A DNA stretch of 63,973 nt, filler included, from Hausera hauseri (taxonomy: Eukaryota), in assembly GCA_046269625.1 (NCBI GenBank). It is 10 parts of 10 records of this genome, joined end to end, with 100 filler letters (N's around TTAATTAATTAA, not from the genome) between each part and the next. Parts side by side here need not be neighbours in the genome. Positions count along the whole stretch, not along the records: positions 18,245 to 41,082 come from JBJURY010033335.1; positions 41,183 to 46,669 come from JBJURY010244627.1; positions 46,770 to 51,201 come from JBJURY010584667.1; 7 more parts are not named here. The stretch is one strand, 5' to 3'. The translations under genes and the position numbers were made by a program. Under the pieces are notes generated by a model. That model worked only from the letters and a program-made list of their open reading frames with translations, was not told the origin of the DNA and ran no database searches. Positions 37,314-48,436 of this stretch are shown in pieces (the first letter of the stretch is position 1; each line of letters opens with the position of its first letter).

Positions 37314-40300
37314 CCCTAGATTTTCTCCCAAAACACTCACTTGTAAACAAATAAAATCATTTACCTTTTATTCTGCCTCAGTCTGGTTTCTGGTTTGCTC
37401 ATTGGACACTTCCTGGTTCATGTCAGTTTGTTCCAGCCAAGAAGTAGTGTCTAGAGCAACCCAGAACCTGATCACCTTTCTCCCCATTAAAAACTTCTAT
37501 TTCTTGTTTTATAGTTATTTTCCTGTCGTGGATTCTGTATGTGGGTCAGAAAACTCACAGAGGGCATGGACTTATCATCTGACCACCCGGCTCTTGCGGA
37601 GTCCGCTGCTTCCCAGCTGGATCGACACGAAACCATTTTAAGATCTCTGGTTGATCAGCAGACTACTATGGAAGTGATCAAGTCTCAGATTTTAAATTAA
37701 AATGGATTAATAGAAATCCTTTTTCATTTTCAACAAAGACCTGCATTTTTGACTAGTAAATAAAATCATAAATTATCCAGTCTTCATTTTCATTTTCTAT
37801 TTCAAGACTGCTCACTGTGTGACACAACTACAGAGACAAAGAAGAGGAAACTGCTTTTTCTTCTCACCCCGCCTCGCAAAAACTGTTCCAAAATCCTTTT
37901 GAGTTGGCAATCGAACCTGCAGGACTTCTACAACCACTACCTATTCCCAGACGACTTTGGTCGCATGTAGCCTTTGATTTCGTTACCGGATTTTCACCTT
38001 CTCAAGGTAACACGGTCATCTTGACCATCATCGATCGGTTCTCAAAGTCTGCACACTTTGTCCTCTGCCTAAACTCCCCTCTGACTTTGAAATAGCTCAA
38101 ATCGTGGTTCAACATGTTTTCAGAATACACGTTATCCCTGTAGGTATTGTTTCAGATCGGGGGCCTCAGTTCGTTTCCCAAGTGTAAAAATCCTTTTCTG
38201 ATGCCCTAGAAGCCACAGTCAGCCTTTCATCTGGATACCACCCGCAGTCCATCAGCCAGATTGAGTATGCCCACAACACACACACTTCATCTGCTACCGG
38301 TTTTGCACCATTTGAAGCCTCCCTGGGTTACAATCCTCCTCTGTTCCCCTGTTTTGAGTCAGAGATTGCTGTCCCGTCTGTCCAGGCTCATCTCCGCAGG
38401 TGTCGGAGAATTTGGAGGCAAGCCAAGAGGGCATTAATGAGGACAGCAGAACGGAACAAGAAGAATGCGGACCAACATCGCACCCCTGCTCCCACATATC
38501 AAGTTGGGGACAAGGTATGGCTGTCTACTGAAGACATACAGTTAAAGGACACCCCCAAGAAGCTGGCTCCTCGGTTTATTGGTCCTTTTTCTGTTGTACG
38601 GATCATTAACCCCTCGTCTGTCCGTCTCTCCCTCCCTTCCTCTATGCATATTCATCCCACATTCCATGTTTCTCAGTTAAAGCCTGTAGTAGAAAGTTCT
38701 CTTAGTCCCCCTGCCATCCCCCCCTCAACCCCATATCATTGATGACCACCCAGCATTTTCAGTCAATCCCATACTGGACGTCAGACTTTGTGGAAGAGGC
38801 TTCCAATACCTCGTGAACTGGGAGGGTTACGGACCGGAAGAGCGCTCTTAGATCCCCAGATCCTTTATCCTCAACCCCTCCCTTATTTCTGATTTCTACA
38901 GGTCACATCCAGACAAGCGTATGAGATCGCCAGGAGGCGATGGTTGAGGGAGAGGTACTGTGATGATTGGTCTTCCTGGGACTCACTCTCTGCAGCTGTG
39001 GCTGATTTACACTGATGGGCTCCGCTGGTATTTAAGACTCAGTCTTAATTCTGATCTTCGCTGGAGCAACAAAGCCTATTTGGTTGGACTCTACAGCCCT
39101 TAGTCTTTGTAAAAATCTCATTGTAGTACTTAGCCTTGTCTTGCCTTCTTTTTGCCTCAGGATTTTTGCCTCTGTTGCCAGTGCCTGCCCCACCCAAAGG
39201 ATTTATGTAAAAACTCACCTGGAACACTTCTCATGGATTTCTGGACCCCTCCTCTCCCATACAACCTGGTTCTTTTCTGTACCTCTTCCATGTCCATCGC
39301 CTCCTGGGAATCTGTAAGAAAAACAACAATCATTATTAGTTCTAAATATCTGTTGCTTCCTGGATCTCTACCATTTGGCCACTCACCTTGTCCTTCCCTG
39401 CTCTTGCAGATCCCCTGGATTTTCTCCCAATAAAGTGTAAATAAAATCACTTTTTATTATCCCAGTCTGGTTTTGCTCGTTAGACACTTTCTGGTTTGTG
39501 TCAGTTAATTTATGCATAAACAACACTTATTAATAATAAAGTGTTTACAGATTCATTAAAAAACCTCTATAATCTATAAACTCTATAATTTATCAACTCC
39601 ATGAAAGTCATCTATAAGGGGAGCCTTATTGTAAAGTGGTACCCTTTAAAAAATGACATGACAAATGTTTGAACATGTATGACTGGTTAAATGTATACAC
39701 CTTAACAAAACTGGGGATTTGAATGAAAGGATCTAAAACTAGAAACCGCATAGCGGTAACATGATGACCCCGGACACACCAAAGCTCCAGAACTCATAAG
39801 TCTCTATTCCTACCAAATCCCATGCTGTTAGGTGCATTGTAAAATGGGGTGGGGGTGTTTTTTTTCTTTTTCACTAGAAAATTGTGCTGTTGTCATGTTT
39901 GTTGGTGTGTAGAACTGAAGTACAAACCCAGAATTCAAACACTCAAAGATAAAATGATTCAGATTACTTACATATGGTTTCAGCTTATGTAGCTAATCAT
40001 TTAATACTATTTATTCTTCATATTTGACCATTTATTGAATTACATTTATCACAGAGAAGTTCAGTCACAATAACTATGCAGCCACCAGGTCTCTGGTTTC
40101 TGGCTAAACTTCTTCTCAAAATGACTCTTGCAACTAATTTTACATTTCTCCTTTTGCTCCAAAATGTTAAATTAAGCTTACATAGTTGCATGGACGTTTA
40201 AAAGAGGACAAGTGTCCATGAACTGGTAACCTAAGAGTCCCTGCTGAGCTAAGAGTTTCCAGTTTGACCTGGCAAAAAAATCAATGACAGCTTCTTGACA

Positions 40301-41182
40301 CTGGAGACCAATCAATGACTTCAGAACACTGATGGCATACTTGATACTTCAACACACAACTGTGCATACACACACCCACACGGACTCTGTCCTGTCATTA
40401 TTTTCCCATTGGGCTTTGACTGACCCCTGCCTGATGGAGTGCAGGTGGAGTGACCAAGTGTTTACCAGAGAACACTAAATCAATGCCCTACAAGTCACAG
40501 ACACACAACGCTGCAACACTATGGAAACAAATGCTCTTTTTTCCCCTCTTTATTTTTGACTTAGACCAAAGAAGAAACTGCATCTTTCATCAGAATGTTT
40601 AAGAGAGCTGCCTTTCCATTTCATTGCTGTACTGTAGTTTAACTAAGTTTAACAATCGTCAGTATTGTAATGAAAAATCCACTTTGCTTTTACAGGTTTA
40701 TATTTCCATCGTTTTTTTTATAAAATATTTTCAATCAAGGAAGCTATAGCAAGTAGAAGGGAGATTCTTCTGTGTGGGGCTTTGATCTCAAGCCTTCTGA
40801 TGTGTCAACAAACTTACCTGTGACTGAAACTTGTGCTCCTGTTCCTAACAGCAGTGAACTTGTATATCGACTTGCTGTTTTTTCCCCATCTCCACGCCCA
40901 CAGTATTGATATATCAATAGACAAGGCTCAAGGTTGAAAAGTTCACCCATATCTCCTCTGGGGCCTAATTGGAGCTGAAGGTCAGAAGACGTGTATTTTT
41001 CTATTGGTTTATTGCCTTTATGGATCCAACGACGGTGGTAAATGTGTATGTGCTCAAAACCATAAGACATTTTTTTCTCTTTNNNNNNNNNNNNNNNNNN
41101 NNNNNNNNNNNNNNNNNNNNNNNNNNTTAATTAATTAANNNNNNNNNNNNNNNNNNNNNNNNNNNNNNNNNNNNNNNNNNNN

Positions 41183-42553
41183 GATCTGACTAGACCCTTA
41201 AAGTTCTTTATCCAAACATAATGTTTCTTTTTTCCATCATCTACTAGGAGCAGATCTTTATGATTTTCCAATTCATTATCATATATTTGCAAGGGATACC
41301 ATTTGTCCTCCTCATCCAATCCAAAGAATTAGGTTGATACGTTGTTTATTTGACTGAACTACTTAGTTTCATCTAAGGATGGAAGAAGTGTGATACATTG
41401 GAAAGCATAGTTGTGCTGCACATCCTTATATTGCCAAATTCATGAAGCATTATGTTGATCAGGCACGAGATTTGATAGAATGACATACATGAAACACATG
41501 TTGTTATAATTATGGACATTGATGCATGCTTTTTTATTAGCGATCCAATCAGGGAGTTTAATATATGGACTACCTCGCAATGAGGAGAATCTGTGCAAAT
41601 ACACAAGCAATCTCTTGATGGTTGCCGGAGTCCATCCGCTCTTCTTACTCTAGCTCTCATCAGTTTTGCGGATCAACTTTGCATGCTCTTAATGCAGCCA
41701 TTCTACTATATTGGAGGCTTAAAAATGGATCTATTTCTGGTCTTGAAGGCCCTTTTGGACTATTTGCCATCAAAATTGACGTATGTGGCGTCAAGTTTCA
41801 TATTAACCTTAATTACCTTGAGCTCAGTATGTTGTCCTGGAGAATTCTTACTGTTTCTTTCTCTGTGTACTCCAGGAAGGCTTTGATGGTTGTTTGCCCA
41901 ATTACGTCAATGACATATTTGCCGCATTTCCTCTTTAATGCTGCAGCATCAACTGGCCTTTGTCTTTGACTTTTTGATGGAGCCGTTACGCCTGATACAT
42001 CTGATGCGCGTTTTAGTTCTGCATCTGGCTGCAATGTAGGCTATGGTACTGAAGGCTGTGCAACTGGCTTATGTTCACTAAAGATGATTTTCGTTGACTC
42101 TGATGCGAAGTCAGTCAAATGATGTTTGTCATCTTTATAAAACTGTATGTATTCTCCACCACATACAGCCTGACATCCTGGGCAGATATAATAGATGATC
42201 CTATTGAATTTGTGTCCATAATAGCTCCTCATGGTACTGTAAAAATTCTGAGGGTTGTGTATTGCACATGTGCAATACACATATAAACTGCATCTTTGAT
42301 TTTCCTTTGGCATGAAAGTCGTTATCGGCATATTGGTACTGAATATTTCTTTTTTCGCCTTGGTGAAGGAAATCAAGTGCTTTTTATGGACATTGTAAAA
42401 GTCTTCATAATTGGTTTGGCACACTACCTCACATGTAAGGCATATATAATACTGAACCCTGTTGTATAGATGGCTAAAGTACTTTTTCATAATACTGTGG
42501 CAATTTTCAGGCTCATGGATTTGAGCCAAGCATTCTCTGTAAAGTTTGCACAT
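41183..42553 (-). pseudogene. pPolB family copy 2, N-terminal half (tandem Cys/His domain to OTU-like region), cut by contig end
   Basis: 170-aa two-repeat ORF, one stop, then same-frame SKSQRQRPVDAAALK. Further on, GSPYIKLPDWIANKKACINVHNYNNMCFMY and KKHYVWIKNFKGLVR. Confidence 0.85.
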
Positions 42554-43900
42554 CTAAAAATGAACAATTTCCGTACCATACGGAAATCCGAATAGGATCG
42601 GTACGGAGCTTGTCGTTTCGACGGACGTAAGAGATCGACGTAGGACTTTCATATTCGCTTGACTCTCACGGAGTTAAGCGGAATCTCATAGAATTGTTGG
42701 GGAAGGATTTTCCCTCAGCATTTGTATCGGCGGGATGAAATTTGTTCGGTGAGAGCAGTGGGATGTGATATCTCAACTCTATGGTAGTCCTGTTCTTGTG
42801 ATCGATTCACCTGGGCGGTGACCGTCGCCTCCGGAAGTCTTCGGTTTCTGCTGAGCTGATGCTGCTTTTCGTACGGCGTCGATTATTTGCTGCATGATGT
42901 GATTTTGAAAATGTGTTGATTCTTTTGTTTTTGTAAATTTAAACAATTGATATTTTATTACTATTAATTATGCCAAAACCAATTTGTATTTTTTAATTGA
43001 GTGAATCGGTTATTTAAGTGTTTTAATATTCTTGAATAGGACGAATCCGTGCTTTAATTGTAACGTAAAACCTTAAATAATGGATGACATATTTGCGAGG
43101 ATATAATCGAGAACTGAAATCCTAAAATTAAATTTAAAGCATTTTTAAATTTTAAAATTTGACAATAAATTTAAAATGAAAAATATACAAAAATTGATGT
43201 ATATCTCAAGAATTGAACGAAATATACTTCATATGTAATTTCCACTAATTACTAAATATTCAATATTGCAATCGACTGTACTAAATCAGAATTATTGTTA
43301 TTATTAACAATACTGACTATCAACAAAATTTCATTTTGTAACAATTTTAATCGGCAAAAATCATTCGTCTATAATTGCAGATTTATTGATTGATTTCTTT
43401 AATGTCAAATTAAATTGGATTTAGTTTTTTTTTACATTGCAATGTTTCAATTTTCATTTTACTTGCAATAAGTCCATTGATTACTTTTGTCGCCAGCGTT
43501 AAGTACAATAAAGACGAAAAGGCAAATTATCTAACATCAGTCCATTCAGCAAAGTTTTGTGTGTGATAAATTGATTTCTCGTTGAAAGACGTTGTCATAA
43601 TTGATCATAGGACGAACGTTTTTGCTTATCGTTTAAATGTCATCGAAAGAAAAACTGCAGTTTGTCCTTGTGTTAAATACGTTCGGTAGAAAACTAAATG
43701 TCAAATCAGTGCCTGGTCAGCGCATCTGCACACAATATGTTTTGGGTTTTTTGTACACGTGTTGTACCGTATAAAATAGCCTGCATTTATCAAGTAGTTC
43801 AATCTCTATTTCTTGTTGTTTAAACAGGTTAACTATTTGACTATAGTATATCTTATTGCTGATATTTGCAGTCTCTTTCGATTAGAAACTTTGAATCTTC

Positions 43901-46382
43901 ATGGATCCGAATGATCCCGATTTTTTGTACTTGGGTGTTGATAGAAAAGCCCTGCTGAAAGAATTCGGTACCGAGCAGTTTGACAGTAGAAAAAACGTAT
44001 GGATACCAGATGAGAAAGAGGGCTTCATAAAAGCCGTGATTGAAGAAACATCTGGAGATAAAGTAACGGTAAAAACGGATAAAGGAGAAGTAATTATTGA
44101 TGTTATTCAAACAGTTTAAATTGGTGTTATCTAGGCAAAGACGGTAAAAGTCGATGATACTCAACAAATGAATCCACCGAAATTTATGATGATTGAGGAT
44201 ATGGCAAATTTAACTTTTCTTAACGATGCTAGTGTTTACGATAACTTGAAAACGCGTTACTTGAAAAGCTTGATTTATGTAATATTTTTAACGATAGAAT
44301 TCACGTGACTTTAATGGTGTTTCCAGACTTACTCCGGATTGTTCTGTGTAACGATAAATCCATACAAAAGGTTTCCGATTTACACATCGAGTGTAGTCCA
44401 GAAATATAAGGGTAAAAGGAGAGGTGAAATGCCACCGCATATATTTTCAGTATCTGACAATGCATATTCGAACATGCTAACGGGTTAAATTATTCGTAAG
44501 AGTTTATTTAATATCGATTATTCAGAACATGAAAATCAGTCAATTCTGATTACGTAAGATGGGATAAAGTTGTTATAAGATTTTTAATGTTTGTAATGCA
44601 GTGGTGAAAGTGGAGCTGGAAAGACAGAAAACACGAAGAAAGTCATAACATACTTTGCCCAAGTTGCTGCAGCGAGTTCAAAGAAAGACGATGACGATGC
44701 TTCAAAGAAAAAGGGAACACTAGAAGACCAAATCGTACAAGCTAATCCTGTACTGGAAGCTTACGGCAACGCAAAAACAACAAGAAATAACAATTCATCT
44801 CGCTTCGTAGGTTGAATTTGAAGGCTTTTGCAAACGATGGCGTAGCAAGGAAGGCCAATTATTGGACATAAAACCAGGCGCGTCAAAGTGTTCTTTTCTC
44901 GGTTAAAAATGTTCTAAAAGTCACCTATGGGCATGTACAATATGAAAAAGGAGGTGGAAGGAATGGGTAAGAGGGTACGGGAGGTATGCCATTATCAAAC
45001 GCACACACTGCGGTTTGCTACGCTACTGATTGCAAAACAAAAGAATACAAACAAAAAAAAAACTAAAATATTTTTCCCAGGGAAAATTTATTCGAATTCA
45101 TTTCGGAACTAGTGGAAAGATCGCCGGAGCAGATATCGAATTTTGTAACATTTTGATTGTAAAATGTTCGAAATTTGAATAAATTATTTTAGATCTACTG
45201 GAAAAGTCACGAGTCATTTCTCAGCAGAAAGGAGAACGAAACTACCACATATTTTATCAATTACTCTCCGATGGAGGAAAATCCTTTCATGGTAAAAAGA
45301 GGTGAATAAAAAAATGGAATGAAATTGTTATAGAGAAATTGCTGGTAACACCTGATCCTGGTCTGTACTCAAATATTAACCAAGGAGAATTGACAATTGA
45401 CGGCGTTGATGACGTAGAAGAAATGAATATCACCAATGTATTTATTGTATTAATGATTTTTGAATATCGACTCTGTAGGATGCCTTCAACGTTCTGGGAT
45501 TTACAGAGGAAGAAAAAATGAGTTTGTTTAAATGTACCGCTTCAATACTCAATATGGGAGAAATGAAATTCAAACAACGGCCAAGAGAAGAACAAGCTGA
45601 AGCTGATGGAACAACTGAAGTTGAAAAGGTTGCGTTCCTGTTGGGTGTAAATTCCAAAGACCTCTTAACGTCAATTCTAAAACCGAAAGTAAAAGTGGGA
45701 AATGAATATGTTACTAAAGGACAGAGCAAAGATCAAGTATTAATCTTTTACAGACCATTTAAAACATTTCGTTTGATATTAAGGTTTTGTATTCAGTAGG
45801 GGCATTGTCAAAATCTTTATACAACAGAATGTTTGCTTGGTTGGTTCAAAGAGTCAACAAAACGTTGGATACGAAAACCAAACGACAATTTTTCATTGGT
45901 GTCTTGGATATTGCCGGATTTGAAATTTTCGACGTAAAATTATTGAAAAAAAAAAGAACATAAAATTGTACTTTGTCATAATTTGTAGTTTAACGGTTTT
46001 GAACAAATTTGCATTAACTACACGAATGAACGGTTACAACAATTCTTTAATCATCACATGTTTGTTCTGGAACAAGAAGAATACAAAAAGGAACAAATCG
46101 ATTGGGAATTTATCGATTTCGGTATGGACTTGGCTGCTTGTATTGAGCTGATTGAAAAGGTTGATCCAATAGATAAATGACATTATTAATAAAATATTCC
46201 AGCCCATGGGTATTCTGTCCATTCTTGAAGAAGAGTGCATGTTCCCTAAGGCAACAGATCAAACATTCAAGTCGAAATTGTACGACAACCATCTTGGAAA
46301 GAGTCCGAATTTTAGTAAGCCAAAACCGCCGAAACCGGGACAAGCTGAAGCTCATTTCGAATTGCACCATTATGCTGGAACG
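43901..46382 (+). CDS. Mhc: Muscle myosin II heavy chain, 5' part (12 exons: 43901-44089, 44135-44278, 44327-44483, 44526-44553, 44602-44806, 45081-45144, 45193-45291, 45334-45437, 45479-45736, 45784-45933, 45989-46159, 46203-46382), cut by contig end
   Basis: MNPPKF...[63 protein letters not shown] and [10 protein letters not shown]. All introns are GT-AG. Confidence 0.95.
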
Positions 46383-48436
46383 GTATATTTTTGAAACATC
46401 AGACTGCATATGAAAGTCAATATTATTGAACATAAGAATGTGAAATAAATGATATTTCAGCATAAGTTAGTAGTCCGTTAGTAGTTTATGAAGTTATGGC
46501 AAATGCTAAACTGCTCAGCAAAATATTAGTTCTGCTATTCGCGAGGTAGCGGAACTGTTCCCACCGCTGAACTGTAATAAAATGCTTAGAGAACTGGACT
46601 GTTGCTGTGTGTAAAGGGGTGGTTATGTTTTAATTTAATAAAAATGGAAAACCCTTAGCTCTGACAGATNNNNNNNNNNNNNNNNNNNNNNNNNNNNNNN
46701 NNNNNNNNNNNNNTTAATTAATTAANNNNNNNNNNNNNNNNNNNNNNNNNNNNNNNNNNNNNNNNNNNNATTTAATATTTATGACTGGTTAAGATGGAAT
46801 CCGTTACAAATTTGCAACTTCAGCATGGAACCCCTTTTTGATTTGTGATAAATAATCAACATGATGAGTACCATGTTACTTCTTTAGTTAGTTACATCCA
46901 TTTGCTGTGAAAGGGTTAATAAAACACGAGAAAATTCTAGAAAAGGTGCCATATAATGAATTGTATATACTACATAATTGTACAGTACAAAAGTTTGCAC
47001 ATCCAGATACCTAATTTCTAGTCATTCTTACTCGAGTAAAAGTGAAGAGTATTTCTGCTGTTCCCAAAAAATGGATAATTGTGCAACACAACAAAATGTT
47101 GCATTAAAAAAAATCAATGGTCATAAATAATATCTTCTTCTCTTTTCATAGTAAAAGTGTTACGAAAACCTACAGAGAAATTAAAACCGTTTCCACCCAT
47201 ATGTAATAGTTTTCTTCAATAATTATTCTATCATACTAAACCCGAAGCAGGTATTAGGCTATTGCAACACATTAGGCAATTGCTAGCTCCCATGTTGAGA
47301 GAGAAATGAATAAAACGCATCATTTTATTGTCAGTAGTAATTCGACATATAGTGGGAGTACATAGGGTGCGCGTATATCCATATCTTCTAATTTGTTATC
47401 ACGGATAGTGGTGTATTTGGGTATAATTTATTTTTCTTATTTTCGATAAAATTCAGTAATTTTCTTCGTGTTCAAAAACAGAATATTTCAACACTTGCCA
47501 TGAGACAAATTTCTTGTATTTCTTAATTAAAACATCGAAACATGCTTTGTAAATAGTTTGCGAATTTAAACAAAAATTAACTGAAATTAAAATCGGAAAG
47601 CGTTTTGAAATTGTATGCCATTAGTATGTCGTGGGGCATAACGATTTCATTAACACAGTTGTACAAATAATTTGAGCTACTTTATCAATTTAGATACTGC
47701 GTTAAGGATATATCTTTGCATTGATTTTTTGAAAATTCAAATTATTTCAAATATTTATTTCAAACGTGGTTAAATCAGCTATTTATGGACGAACGTGCTT
47801 TATAAAGTTGTTTCGCACAACTTCAAGGAACTTCAGTTATTTAGCTACTGTGACTAACAGAAAGAGTGACTATTAATAGACTACCTTTATTGTTACGCAC
47901 AGTATTATTACCTGTTCCAAATTTAGAGTCTGATTAAAAGCAAGGCAGTCAATTGACTTAAGTATGAAGCCGGAAACAATTGACTGCTTGGTAATTGACA
48001 TACGAATTGGAGATAATCTATCTAGTACCATTATTGAGTTATAGACGAGCTATGCTTTCCGAAGGTGCTTGTAAATATGTTTATGTTCTTGTTGGGTAAA
48101 CTGCTATTGGAGACAGTTTCACTATTGAATGTTGATATAATCGAATTACACCCCTGAACATATTTTGAGATTCGACAAAATTATCGATTTTCTTTTTAGA
48201 AAAGCGTATCTTGATAATTATTGTAAAGTTTAGATGAATTTTCGTACTAATGTAAAAATTCAAAGTTCCCATTCACAGCATTACCAAAGTGAAAATCGAT
48301 ATGCATACAAATAATTGTCGGTCACAGCAATTTTTGTAGAAAGATGTATTTTAACAGTGTTTTCACATGAAACAAAGAAAAAACCGCCTATATTATTTGG
48401 GTGTTGTTTTTGAAATTTATATATATTTGAATAATT

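Larger units (their letters stand above)
34275..39503 (+). mobile_element. Sushi-like chromoviral Gypsy element, internally deleted. 5' LTR about 34275-37425 (split by hAT); 3' LTR 38959-39503
   Basis: Two similar LTRs and a polypurine tract GAGGGAGAGG. Integrase remnants [28 protein letters not shown] and [10 protein letters not shown]. Chromodomain [15 protein letters not shown]. Confidence 0.88.
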
